Assembly: GCA_976226885.1 (NCBI GenBank)
Contig: OZ320323.1
Coordinates: 49,662,001-49,726,000, forward strand
Reading direction: 5' to 3'
DNA: 64,000 bases
Origin: Iphione sp. A-MEVVRFRX5
Lineage: Eukaryota
Positions 1-11,382 of this stretch are shown here, in pieces (position 1 is the first letter of the stretch; the number at the start of each line of letters is the position of its first letter). The notes beneath the pieces are model-generated. The model had not been told where the DNA came from. It worked only from the letters and a program-made list of their open reading frames with translations, and did not search any database. Both the position numbers and the translations under genes were made by a program.

Positions 1-385
1 CACTAACACTAAGACAGCAAAAACAAATAATATAATGCTCCATCACACTACCCTCCCCCCTGAGAATAAAACTACCAAACACACGCACATACAAACTTAT
101 TTCAATCATCCACCCTACGTCCCACACACTCGCACTAAGCTACCGGAAAAATAACACCAATATACTAACATTTTTTCCATCACCCTCCCCCCAAAAAACT
201 ACCCACCACACACACATACTAACTTACTTCAACCACCCACCCCACGTCCCACACACTCGCCACTAAGCTACCGGCCAAAACAACACCAATATACTAACAT
301 ATTTTCCATCACACTGTTCCACAAAAAACTACCAACCACACGCACATACGAACTTACTTCAACCACCCACCCCCACGTCCCACAT
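1..385. repeat. Tandem repeat, ~128-bp unit, ~3 copies (C/A-rich strand)
   Basis: CACTAAGCTACCGG at 133 and 261; AACACCAATATACTAACAT, AAAAACTACC and CCTACGTCCCACA/CCCACGTCCCACA recur with the same spacing; truncated by the window edge. Confidence 0.85.
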
Positions 386-459
386 GGCCTGACTAAGTAA
401 TCAGCATTCGAACAGCTGTCGCCTGCACGTGACCTCATTCAGTAGCATAGATAGATGAG

Positions 460-461
<2 letters not shown>

Positions 462-492
<31 letters not shown>
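462..492. repeat. (TA)n microsatellite
   Basis: Uninterrupted AT dinucleotide run. Confidence 0.95.
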
Positions 493-494
<2 letters not shown>

Positions 495-824
495 CAGAAG
501 TACATGTGAACACGGCATACTTTATTACTACCCCCGTCACATGCATGGCGGTACATTCTTAGTGTTATTTCTATACAGACGTTGCCACCAGCTGTCTACT
601 CTGCACACACAGTACAGCACTGTTTCTTACGTTAGGTCCTATACTGAATGTTCTCCGTGGTAGAATGGTTTATTGTTGGTGAATAACGTCGAAGTGTTTT
701 TTTGGTACGCCTCATAAATCTTTGCTAGTATATATTTCTAATGTCTACAAGAAGTTTTTTGTCAGATTCCTTCGAAAATCTCTTGTCGAATAGAAACATT
801 GGTGTTTCATTCCGTTTAGGAATA

Positions 825-999
825 ATATCGTTTCACCAAGAATTCAGGGAATTCTTAGTGCTTAAAATTGAGAAAATGATGCTTCACAAACAACTGTCTC
901 TTGGATGTTTAGCGCTTAATTCAGGAGGCAAATAGCGATTTGCGGTGATATAAAAAAAGGCCAATAACGCTTCACCAGGACAGTTGACGCCCCCTGTGT
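825..999 (-). mobile_element. Copy of interspersed repeat family with ACACAGGGGG(G)CGTCAAC end and internal TGGTGAAGCGTTAT motifs
   Basis: Reverse complement ACACAGGGGGCGTCAACTGTCCTGGTGAAGCGTTATTGG...CGCTATTTGCC matches copies at ~16150, ~19410, ~20040-20475, with fragments at ~1445-1525 and ~54920-55030. Boundaries approximate. Confidence 0.6.
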
Positions 1000-1726
1000 T
1001 TTGTATGTTTTATCATAAGAAGCAAATATTGCGCGATCGGCCCTGTCCCCTAAACTATATGGTTCAATTCGGTACATTTAACCCCCCACCCCCACTATGA
1101 CGAATATAGGAGACCTTAGGAGGCCACATGCTCTCTAGACATTAAAAAAAGGGGTTTTATACCCGGGATTTCCCCTAAATGGTTGAAAACACGGGGAAAG
1201 ACTCTGACAGACCGTCTCACCTTACAAGCTCACTGATACAAATTCGTAGAAAGGGACTTGAGAGATTGCAACCTATAATGTGGGCGTTTCATGGACGACT
1301 GGACGTCCATTTCTCTGCATTCATCCGTACTTTGGGCAACATTTTATTCTATTCTCTCGTTCTGGTGGTATCAAAATTGAAAACCCCACAGCTATGCAGT
1401 GCACGGTATAGGCATGAATATGTGAAATTGTGAAATTGTCGACCTGTAGCACCGGGGGGGGCACCTATTTTGGTAAATCATTATGAGTGCTTTTAATTCT
1501 TGGTGAAGCGTTATTTGCCCCCTCAAATCCTTTGGCATGAAATTAGAGAGGTGGAGGCTCTGGTGAGCACACTCTTCCTCACTTCTGTTCACCAGGTTAC
1601 CCGACATACCCCAACTTGCTACAGGCCTGGGTAGGCAGATGTCACTATGGGTAGGTGTCTGGGTGGACCTCTGGGCCTTGGTGGAGGGGGGATGGGGTAC
1701 GTGCCTGCATTAGACTAACGCCTTAC

Positions 1727-1806
1727 CTGAGCTGCATGTTACGTGATGAGTCCAGGTAGTCACTCACGAAGTCTACATTACGGAGGCGAGCCAAGGAACC
1801 AGCCGT
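1727..1806 (-). CDS. RASEF: Candidate RASEF linker exon (TAGSLARLRNVDFVSDYLDSSRNMQL)
   Basis: Strong acceptor (tttctttcttctctcttgcag) and donor (AG|gtaagg); only the phase-0 frame is open; no recognisable homology. Confidence 0.5.
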
Positions 1807-2813
1807 CTGCAAGAGAGAAGAAAGAAAAACACGTGGAATTAGGTGGAGGTTTCGGCGATAGAAGCAAAAACATGGGATTATCTGTTCATTTTTAAGATAT
1901 TTTCTATTCTTTTCAAATGTACTGCTTTCCAGCACAATGGACACATTTTACGCACAGTGAAGCCCCAATGTTCCAAAGTCTCGCTATTCCAGTACCCTCA
2001 TTTGGTCCAGAATAAGAAGGTTGAATGTAAAAATGATTACGCCCGCAATAGTGAAGGTTACTGGAATAGGGAGGTATTTTCCTTCATGTGTCCTTCGTCC
2101 CCCGCCCCTCTTCAAAATAACCACTTTCTTCTCCCCATTCTTCTCCACATTCTGATCTTTCTCTTTCTTCTAGCTTCTCCCCTTTTCCTCCATCTTTTCA
2201 TTCCCCTACCACCCTCCGTACTTCCTCTTCCTCCACTCATAGTGTTGTTAATGTATATGGCGATAATCTCTTAATTGACACAAGCACTGCTAATACAAAC
2301 ACCAGTACAACGATAAATACACTGGTGCTTAGCACTAATTGGCACAGAATCCTCACATATTACATCCGTAATACATATATTGTCCTGTGTAAGAAATAGT
2401 CAGATTGAGGGCTTTCGAATCGAATCACATATGGCTTATGTAAACCTTTGTTTTAAACCGAAGGGAAAAACCAATATCTGTTTCTTTATGTAATTGAAGC
2501 ATCCATTTTTTTTCTAAGTATATTTTTGGCCGGGGAACTGCAGCTAGCACTGTAACATTTCCCTGGTCTATTATTTTGCTTCACTATCGTCGCCATTTTC
2601 GGTCCTCATATCCATACAGAATCACTTCACAACACTGACAGGTACATGCCCTCGAACACCACACACTTTAATACGACCAGGAATGAAATGGGTTTGGCAT
2701 GCATGAACTGAGAGCCTCGGGGCAGAGCACGAGATTTATACAACATGTAGGATGCGGGAGAGCTCATGCAGGAGCTAAACACAATACCCAGCCTTTCATA
2801 TACCAGCCTATTA

Positions 2814-3120
2814 GGTGATGTTCACATATATCCGTAGGAAAAATCCGTGTACGTATGTGCAAACGTGTTTTGCCTCCTGCTGTACTTATTTTAAGCCCTC
2901 CCAGATGTATCCCAGATGTATCTTCACCATTGACTTCTATTGAAAACGGATCCATATCCGCAGAAAATCTATTGCTGATGGATTTGAAAATGGACCCAGG
3001 TCCATATCCGTTTTGAAGCGGATGAATGCGAACACCCTAATACAACTGCTATGAGTGGGTAAAATCCGTCCACAGGTCTGTACCCATTTTAGAAAAATAC
3101 GGATCCATGTAAACACCGCC
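2814..3120. mobile_element. PIF/Harbinger-type (Tourist-like) MITE with TTA target-site duplication
   Basis: TTA|GGTGATGTTCACATATATCCGTA at left and TACGGATCCATGTAAACACCGCC|TTA at right form imperfect ~23-bp TIRs; internal ATCCGT/ACGGAT motifs; no ORF. Confidence 0.75.
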
Positions 3121-3354
3121 TTATGTATTATCATACATTCCACAGGGGTCTTTCTCAGTGCTTGTACAGCTGCATGCTCAGAGACAATTAGTGAACTCTT
3201 ATTGCTGTTCTAGTAATTCCTAGTTAGTTCTTCCTTTTCTTCCTTTCCTTCAGCCAGATGTTTTAGATACGATTTTATTAGTGTGATCACTTTGAAACGA
3301 ATATTTTTATAGTATTCTAATGTCTCAGCTTGGAAAAGAGAGTGTTACTGAATA

Positions 3355-3532
3355 CAGTAGCAACTCAGAATTAAGACCACCAGCTGCACTAGACAAAACT
3401 ACCCTCAACTGTGAGTTGCCCTTCTACCTGAGTTGTTTTATTATAGAAAATATACCATTGGGAGCAACCAAACTTGCCCTTAATCTTGAGTTGCCCCCAT
3501 AGTTAAGTTGCTCACAAGGTGAGTTGCCACTG
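3355..3532. mobile_element. TA-flanked MITE, family A (CAGTAGCAACTC TIR), copy 1
   Basis: TA|CAGTAGCAACTC...GAGTTGCCACTG|TA; same body (AGAATTAAGACCAC...AACCAAACTTGCCC) at 9534, 44761 and partially ~17210-17290. TA duplication and CAGT end are typical of Tc1/mariner-pogo derivatives. Confidence 0.85.
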
Positions 3533-3918
3533 TATATACAGAAGAGAGTTTCAGGACTCAATATTCACCAGATGGTTGCTGTTGCACATAATTTTACTTG
3601 GATTTAAGATCAATTCAGGTATTTCATCATATTTCCCTATCTAAGGACAGTTTATAGCAATTAAAATATTGCTAAAAACACAAAATTTGAAAATTTGATG
3701 TCAAAAGGTTACTTTATGTTATATATATATTCATACTTGAGTCCCTTAAATGTCTAATGTACATGCATGATTCTATAAAAAATATCTAATATCCTTAGTC
3801 AAACTTTTACCTTATGGTGGAAGTATTTTAATTCACATACATGTATGTCACTTTCAGTAACCAGCAGTTATCAATCAAACGGAAGTAACCATAAAGTCAA
3901 AGTATCTGGTAACCTCAC

Positions 3919-4037
3919 TGGGATGGGTCAAATGATTTGGTAGGAGAACAGGTAGGAGATAGCTCCCCTTCACTATATCGTATTGAAGGAGGAGGTTCTA
4001 AGCTTTCACAGATGCTAAATATCCGTCCGTTTGCTCT
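3919..4037 (-). CDS. Weak candidate RASEF linker exon (RANGRIFSICESLEPPPSIRYSEGELSPTCSPTKSFDPS)
   Basis: Open phase-0 frame, Ser/Pro-rich, donor CA|gtgagg; acceptor (cacaccatag) is poor. Confidence 0.3.
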
Positions 4038-4132
4038 CTATGGTGTGATAACGCCATAGGCTTATTTTTCTTATATCATCCCTAATTCTCACTCGTAGAT
4101 GAGTTGCCAGCAGGGTGAACCACTACTGTGTA

Positions 4133-4305
4133 CAGTGGAAACTCTATTTAAGACCACTCCTATTTGCGACCAAATTTCAGACCACTTTACTTCGGTACAG
4201 AAATACTGATTTCTATATTGAACCATTATCAATTTGTGACCAAACTCACTAATCAGACCACTTTTAGTTGGACCCAAGGGATGGTCTAAAAAAGAGTTTC
4301 AACTG
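4133..4305. mobile_element. TA-flanked MITE (CAGTGGAAACTCT TIR)
   Basis: TA|CAGTGGAAACTCT...AGAGTTTCAACTG|TA, 12/13 TIR match. Confidence 0.8.
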
Positions 4306-4511
4306 TATACCTGTACTAAATTCCTTATACTCAATATTCATTCATCATAGCATAGGATTGACACCATACTGTAGCTTTGGAACTTAGACAGTCGGACTGC
4401 AGCATGCACTTGCAAAGCAAAAAGGCAGCTCCTTAGTCTATGTATATGTACTGGTACAATTTTAAAGCTGTTTAAAGCAGTCCAGGTGCCACTCAATGAA
4501 CTCGAACTTAC

Positions 4512-4547
4512 CGACGGGGCAAGACTACTGTGCTTGAGAGGGGAGGG
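4512..4547 (-). CDS. RASEF: 36-nt RASEF linker exon (PSPLKHSSLAPS), phase 0-0
   Basis: CTAAC branch-like motif upstream, acceptor caaacag, strong donor TCG|gtaagt; in frame with the phase-0 end of exon 5879-5789. Confidence 0.55.
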
Positions 4548-5171
4548 CTGTTTGAGTTGGATAAGTTTATTTGGTTAGTGTAGGGAAAACTAAACCAAAG
4601 TATACATATAAAGGTTGCAGTTACAATATTGTAGTAATTAGCAAGACATCATTTGTATTGAACGAGGATGTTGATTTTGAAATGTAAAGATAACCAGCAT
4701 CATACAAAAATTACTTCACCATCGCTCACATTGTGACACGTGTCAATGCCATAACTAATTGGGACAGCTGCTAATCAAAACCGAATTTCTATCACATCAA
4801 GAGTTTTCTTTCGTTCTGTGCCTCTAATCCTCCCATGTCTGTTTATTAAGACAGCCCACCAAATACACAACTCCAGTCCCAAATAAACTTAGTTTGTCGT
4901 TGATAAGAGGACCTGCTACAATATGTAAGCAGAGAGGTTTATATTTTGACTTGGTTGGTACACCTTGAGCAAGTCATTAATCTCATCAATTAGAACAGCA
5001 CATTTTAGTCCTTAGATTCTAGTCATTACATTTACTAATCCCGCGCAGTTAGAAAGTCCAGCATAACCACCTTGTGGTTCAGCAGCACCATAGACTTATG
5101 TTTATCATTGTACGTTGGAGGATATTTTACAGATTGATCTGAGAGGAAAAACTCTGTCCCGTTAATTTGTA

Positions 5172-5258
5172 CTACAAGTGTTCAAGTTCTGGTTCTGTGG
5201 TCTGTGGCCCAGGAGGAGCCAGAGGACTTTTATAGAGTATGTCATTCTGTATGTGCGT
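5172..5258 (-). CDS. Possible alternative terminal exon (THIQNDILYKSPLAPPGPQTTEPELEHL*)
   Basis: Phase-0 frame open for 28 codons after ggtag acceptor; minus-strand AATAAA at 4842-4847; acceptor weak. Confidence 0.3.
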   Translation of the reverse strand, partial: THIQNDILYKSPLAPPGPQTTEPELEHL

Positions 5259-5374
5259 CTACCAAAGATCATCAATCAAATTCGTTCTAGGGTAACGCCC
5301 AAGTTACTAAAGGCTTTTTACATAATTATGCCCAGTTAAAAAGACTGATCAAAATTTGTTTGCTTGTCTGTTGT

Positions 5375-5830
5375 GACAGAGAACAAACAGAAACTCTCCA
5401 ATCAGTCAAAATTACCTCTCCATGTTGACATTTCTGGGCTGGCCTGGATGACAGGGAATGAACAGAAACTCTCGTATCAGTGAAACTTACCCCCACATGT
5501 GAGTGTTTCTGGGCTGACCTGGATGACAGGAAATGAATGAAACTCTGCCATGAATCAATTTTAACCCCACATGTGAGCGTTTCTGGGCTGACCTGGATGA
5601 CAGAGAATGAACAGAAACTCTCGCATCAGTCCCACTTACCCCTGCATGTGAGCGTTTCTGGGCTGACCTAGATGACAGGAAATGAATGAAACTCTGCCAT
5701 GAATCAATTTTAACCCCACATGTGAGCGTTTCTGGGCTGACCTGGATGACACGGAATGAACAGAAACTCTCGTATCAGTCATACTTACCCCTGCATGTGA
5801 GCGTTTCTGGGCTGACCTGGATGAGTCAAG
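5375..5830. repeat. Minisatellite of six 75/74-bp units (149-bp dimer) overlapping the 3' end of a RASEF exon
   Basis: GGGCTG(A/G)CCT at 5436, 5511, 5585, 5660, 5734, 5809 (spacings 75,74,75,74,75); two unit types alternate. Confidence 0.95.
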
Positions 5831-5879
5831 GGCTGCTCGGAGATCATCGTTTGTGTCGTGGAGTTTCTTGTTAGCGTCC
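5789..5879 (-). CDS. RASEF: RASEF coiled-coil exon (DANKKLHDTNDDLRAALDSSRSAQKRSHAG), phase 2-0
   Basis: Acceptor gtctgctttcag, donor GGG|gtaagt; resembles human RASEF ANRKLHDSNDGLRSALE (recalled, not searched). Confidence 0.9.
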
Positions 5880-6259
5880 CTGAAAGCAGACAATGTTTCC
5901 ATTAGATATATAATGTGTTATAGGAAAGGAAGTGGTCAGTCTCTTTAAAAGGAAGAACTGCCAAGAACAAAGAGGATAGCAGTAACGATATGGTTTAGGT
6001 CATTACATGTACTCTATCTCACCGCAGTCGACCTATTTTGTGAAAGAAAATTCCACAGCCATATTAGTATGCGTACTTCTAGTGCATACAGTCAGGACTT
6101 GTAAACTGCATAATAGTCTTTCCTTAATTTATTCGTATAATGATATTGATCCTCTTATTATGATAAAATTCTTCCTGGATACAGTCAAGTTCATCGTGAA
6201 TTTGAATGAAGGTTCATTTAAAAGGTGGTTGTTAAAAGAATGAAACCCTTTATACTTAC

Positions 6260-6328
6260 TGAAGAAGGTGAACCTGTCTGGTTAAATTCTCTTGCTCCCG
6301 AATATAATCCAACAGGGTCTCCTTTTCA
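6260..6328 (-). CDS. RASEF: RASEF coiled-coil exon (EKETLLDYIREQENLTRQVHLL), 69 nt, phase 2-2
   Basis: Acceptor tgtttcttccag, donor CA|gtaagt; bridges the flanking exons in frame. Confidence 0.88.
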
Positions 6329-6678
6329 CTGGAAGAAACACGGAAAACATCAACAGAAGTTTATATTGGAATTTATGCCAACAAGTCGTAAAGAATTACT
6401 GTATTCAGAACTTTCGCTTGGGATGTGCAACTCATTGAATGCAGTCCAAGGTGTAAAAACAGAAATGAAACGATCAACTTGTTGATAATGCATACATAAG
6501 CAACGTACGCAAATACGGAGGCATTTACAACCAAGGGCAACCAGGAAGAAATACACCCGTACACACTTACACAGATACGCACACCCATACACACATACAA
6601 AACGCATACTCCTGTACCTCTACACACACACAAACACACACACATACAAAATGAAGCTTCCATTGGCTTCCCCCTTAC

Positions 6679-6863
6679 GTTTCGAGCTCGTAGCATTTCT
6701 CCTCGAACTGCTGCCGCGAGGTGGCGCACTCGCTCTTGGCCAGGGCGAGGTTGGTGGCCGAGTCCGTCACGCTTGACCGCAGTTGTCGGTTTTCCGTGAG
6801 CAGCTCCTCCACCCGGTGCTTCATCTCATCGCTCGGTGTGCTCGCCACCGTCTCCTCTTCCAG
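6679..6863 (-). CDS. RASEF: RASEF coiled-coil exon (LEEETVASTPSDEMKHRVEELLTENRQLRSSVTDSATNLALAKSECATSRQQFEEKCYELE), phase 0-2
   Basis: GC-rich coding patch, acceptor cccacag, donor AC|gtaagg, heptad-like pattern. Confidence 0.9.
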
Positions 6864-6914
6864 CTGTGGGAGTAGCTCATTTATCATAACGTTGATACTT
6901 GCGCGGAAGACCAA

Positions 6915-7130
6915 CCTTGGGACTGGAGGATTTTGGTCTCTCCCCCAGGGTTGGTCTCAACTGTGAATTGATAACTAATGTGAATGGATACTTTGAGACT
7001 GGAGGATTTCGGTGTTTCCCAAGGGTTGGTCTCACCTGTGAGTTGGTTACTAATTTGAATGGACACTTTGGGACTGGAGGATTTTGGTCTCTTCCATGGG
7101 TTGGTCTCCTGTCAGAGTTGGTCTTTGTTG
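6915..7130. repeat. ~76-bp tandem repeat (~2.7 copies) related to the MITE at 17681-17863
   Basis: ACTGGAGGATTT at ~6922, ~6998, ~7074; the unit is the reverse complement of the internal segment at ~17770-17835. Confidence 0.8.
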
Positions 7131-7537
7131 AATGTAATTTATATTATAATTTAGACCTGTAACTAGGAGGGGGTTCATAATGTACACTTGTATCTGGGAC
7201 AGGGATTCGTGAATCCGATATGTAATTAGGAAAGGGATTGTAGTTCGGGTCTGTAACAAGAGGAGGGTTTGTCTTTCAGGTCTATAGTTAGTAAAAGGGT
7301 ACGTATAATTCAGGCTGTAACTAACCAAGGGGTTTATCATTCAAGCTTCTAACCATAGGAAGGGGCCCAGAGTTGAGGCTTTTAACCAGGGCAGGTTTTG
7401 TGAATCATATCTGTAACTAGGAGGGGGTTCACAGTCTAGACCTGTACCTATGGAGACCATTTGTACCCCAGGCCTGCAATTCAAACATTTAAAAAGGAGT
7501 CCCAGAAGAATTGAGATGACACTAAATGGTATCCTAC

Positions 7538-7633
7538 CTTCTGTAATTTCTGGACATTTTTTCTCAGTTCCGCAATCTCACATTCCAATTCAGACCTTAA
7601 CTCTTCTTTCTCAGCCTCGTGACGCTCTTTTTC
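7538..7633 (-). CDS. RASEF: RASEF coiled-coil exon (EKERHEAEKEELRSELECEIAELRKNVQKLQK), 96 nt, phase 0-0
   Basis: Acceptor cccttcctccag, donor AAG|gtagga; in frame with neighbours. Confidence 0.88.
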
Positions 7634-9367
7634 CTGGAGGAAGGGTTAATGGATTTATTGCTGGTTAAAGTCAAGTCATAATAAATTACCTCACAGAAGC
7701 AAGGAAATACACAAATACAGGTTGCATGGACTTATAAAAGCTGTTGTGATGTCAAAGAGACCTTTTTCAGTAAAGAAATGATTGATGGAATAACATTAGA
7801 AGTCATCAAGTATTTAAGGAATTTCATAGAAGGCTACTGTGTTCTTTTACAATCTAAAATCTTTGGTTTGTGTTGTATTTACATGACAAAGATGATCATG
7901 ACACTCCAAAAATTAAAACAGAGACACCAATGCCGGACCAAACATACTTATCTGTTGGTCATGGTGTAGGTAGATGTATTAAATTGGACAGTAACAACTG
8001 TCCAAACAACTGAATTTCAGGAAAAGGATATGAAATGAAAGGTGCGGGAGACAGGAAAGAGGGGAAAAACGGAGACGAACTGCACAGTTTCATTGTCATT
8101 CGAAGGTACGATGTTCAGGAGAAGGGAAATCAACTTAGAAGGGAAATCTATCCTTGAAAACATGGTGGTCTTGGACTATCTAAACAATGGGGATATGGTT
8201 ATGGGAGGGAAAACTAACCTTGAGAAAGTGGTGACCTTAAGGTGACTTGATCATGGGATGATGGGAAGGGAAATCTAGGGTATTGAAATATGTTTGCAGG
8301 GCTGACTAAACTGTGTGCATATCACAGGGGGAACTGAGCTATTTCATTGATATATTATTGCCTACAGAATCGATTAAATCTATGACTTCTCTGGGTACCT
8401 TGTCAGTTTCCCCACTTCGTACTTGGTGCATCTTGAGGGGACATTAAAAAAAGCAAAGGCAATGATGATAATTTTCATTGTATCAGTCTTCAAAGTTTCA
8501 TTTCTTTGGCCCTCCAAATCAGTTACAGTGCAATCCAAATTCTTGCTATTTTCTGCCATGCTTACATTTTCACCACCATTTTCAGTTTTCATCGCCATTT
8601 TTCATACAGTTCTATCTGTTTTAACAGATTAATGCGTGTATTCCATAAAATCGTGTTGTTGTGAGGAACTCCCTTATCAGAAGTAAACCGTTACAGCCTT
8701 GATCTTCAAAAGATTTGAGTTGATATTAATTCTTCAAGCATGGCTGCCATCTTGTTTTCTCTATGTTCCTATGCTAACTGTGGCCACTATCTCACATATA
8801 TCATTTGTATATCTGGTACAATATATGTCTGTGTGATTGTCCCCTTCCCTTTTAGCCGGTTCTCTTGAATTAATACAGACAGAGGGGATTCTTATTTCAT
8901 CTGTAACCTAATCATGTTTTCTCTTCCTTCTTTGACCCTTCCCTCACCCAATAGTGCATCTTAACTATACTGAGATTATACGTAACACCTTCGTTTGAAG
9001 CATTTCATTTATAATGTTTTCCTACTTCCGGGCCCACTTCTCCTTACTTAACCCACCCTTTCGTTTATAATGTTGCATATAAACGATTGAGGCCTACAAA
9101 CATACATCTCTGTTTCTGGTAACACAGGGTCGGTAGATAGATGTTTTTTATTATCTTTATTTTCCAGGAAACATAGAAATGTACAGAACAATTCGCATAT
9201 TTCGGTCATGGTCATCTTATACATCGTAGCTCGATAGGTGTTATTATGGGTTTTTTTGCAATAGTGGAAGGAACAAGTGTTACCAGAAACAGAGACATTC
9301 TTACTATACGCCTGATGCATCAAGGTTGATCCCTTTCGACTTGAACATAAACACGAACTCCCCATAC

Positions 9368-9458
9368 CTCCTCTTTGACTCTAGACTCCACTTTGGCCAT
9401 CTGGACCTCCATTTCTTCCTCCAGCTGCCGTAGGTGGCGCGCGTGCTGCTCCTTATCC
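9368..9458 (-). CDS. RASEF: RASEF coiled-coil exon (DKEQHARHLRQLEEEMEVQMAKVESRVKEE), 91 nt, phase 2-0
   Basis: Acceptor tactttcag, donor GAG|gtatgg; resembles RASEF QLSELEEEMDQRI segment (recalled). Confidence 0.92.
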
Positions 9459-9533
9459 CTGAAAGTATTTAAGGTCAAGGTCATGACAAAGCCCAGCTGA
9501 AATTAGAGTTAGCAATAAGATTAGTCATCTATA

Positions 9534-9712
9534 CTGTAGCAACTCAGAATTAAGACCACTGATGGGACCAGACAAAGTTGCCCTTAACTGTGAGTTGTCC
9601 TCCTAACTGAGTTAAATATAGTATAGAAAATATACCATGGAGACCAACCAAACTTGCCCATAATCCTGAGTTGCTCTCCTAGTTGAATTGCCCAGAAGAT
9701 GAGTTGCAACTA
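9534..9712. mobile_element. MITE family A, copy 2
   Basis: TA|CTGTAGCAACTCAGAATTAAGACCAC...GAGTTGCAACTA|TA; colinear with 3355-3532. Confidence 0.85.
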
Positions 9713-11151
9713 TACTGCAATTACCTTCAATATTCAGTACATCAGATGTAGTCAGAAGATTCCAAGAATACTATTAAGAGTTGTCATAATTGAGACGTGT
9801 GACAATGTGTGGAAATGTTCAAGACAAGACAAGAAGATGGAGGAGAATAAGTGTGTGATGAGAGTTAGGAAGGAAAGAGACGGGAGGTGGTATGTGAGTG
9901 TATAGCTGAGGTAATGAGTGAGAGAAGTAGGACGACAGGCAGAAGTGAGGAGGAGGATGACCACGTTTGAATACTTTAAAATCAGATAATATACCCAGAG
10001 AAAGAGACAGACAAACAGACAAATTATGTGTACACTTTTGACCAAATGTAATAGTAGGAACATATCTGAGAGAAGACAAGAGTAAAGAGAGAGACATACA
10101 GAGAGAGAGAGAACAGAGGAAGATTCATATTGTTGGCACTTTGTCCTAGAAGCACTCTAAACTTTGTATCCCACACAAATTTTAAGTCTGGTAATTTACA
10201 GTTAGAGTTGGAATTTTACACAGTGTCGGTGGACCTCTTATAGTACCTCTAGTGTTGTATTCTGGTAGGCTTTGATGCTTATATTACCGCATCTTTATAA
10301 GTGCACTCATACTTTAAGTACACTTTCGGAGAGAAGAAAATTTGCTTTCATCTGTGTTCTCAAGTCTCTTTGATATGACAACTTTTTGAACATGGTATAT
10401 ACATATACACATGGCGGCTGACGTTGGACTGTATATCTTACATTGCTACGTTCTAACTTTTAGAACAATAGACCCATATGACTTCCGCAAGTCGGCCATC
10501 CTCCTTAATAAAGATAACAATAGTCCCTCTAGCCAATCTATGTCTTATGGCCCCACGGATACGCTGGATAATTTAGCGAATTGATACGGGACGGATGTTC
10601 AGGCCTCACGTGTACAACATGTATATCCCCATTAAAGTTTAAACGCACAGAATCAACCATATAAATATCCTGAAAAAAAGGAGTGTGAATACTTTTGAAG
10701 ACGTTACTGCTGAAAACAAGGTGTTTGGTATCAGGCGGAAGCGACACAGATGTTTAGTAGTTGTAGAAGTATTAAAATTCATATGTATATAATTATATGA
10801 GAGCAGTGTTGATACCAAACTGGAAAACAGACTTTTTTAATACCTTTTCTAGAAAAGAGCTTCCCTCAGTGAAAAGAACTTAAAGAAGGATCTGTCAGAT
10901 AGAAGAAAAAGAATTCTTACCTGACAAGTCAGATCTTTTAATACTATGAATGCTATCAAAGGGGAGTGGGTGATCACAAATTTCAGTTCACCACAGTGAT
11001 TGACAAACAGTCGTCAGTGTTCTCGTGATAAAACTCCACAGCTCTTTTAATTTCCAATGAATACAGTTGACCTGCTTTTATAAAGCCGATGTACTAGATT
11101 TTAGCTGAAAGAAAACGAGTTAGGAGAAAGAACAAGAAACGTCATGGTTAC

Positions 11152-11301
11152 CTTTTGTAGGACCTCTCCAGCCTCTCCTTCTCATACTGATGTTGCTTAA
11201 TGTCTCGGATGACAGAGAGCAAAACGTTCTCGAAGAGGGTGGTGAGGTGGGGTATCTGCACATTATGAATGCTCTGGTAGAGCTCACACACATGCTCCTG
11301 G
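11152..11301 (-). CDS. RASEF: RASEF common exon (QEHVCELYQSIHNVQIPHLTTLFENVLLSVIRDIKQHQYEKERLERSYK), 150 nt, phase 2-2
   Basis: Acceptor cttcttttccag, donor AAG|gtaacc; resembles RASEF EQVSTLYQNI...YEHVIRNFIREI segment (recalled). Confidence 0.92.
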
Positions 11302-11382
11302 CTGGAAAAGAAGAAGTCGAAAGACAATTCAGTCTAACTCATACTGTAAATTTATACATGTACCTATTGTTTAAAATCTCAA

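Noticed and set aside
4093-4125. 33-nt segment with donor GA|gtgaga
   Set aside because: Phase-0 entry gives an immediate TAG, and the acceptor overlaps the MITE end at 4131-4133.
1-5400. Rab GTPase domain exons of RASEF
   Set aside because: No GxxxxGKS, WDTAGQE or NKxD motif recognised; presumably beyond the left edge.
10921-11050. Strong donor TCAG|gtaaga between RASEF exons
   Set aside because: TGA in the required frame and no good acceptor.
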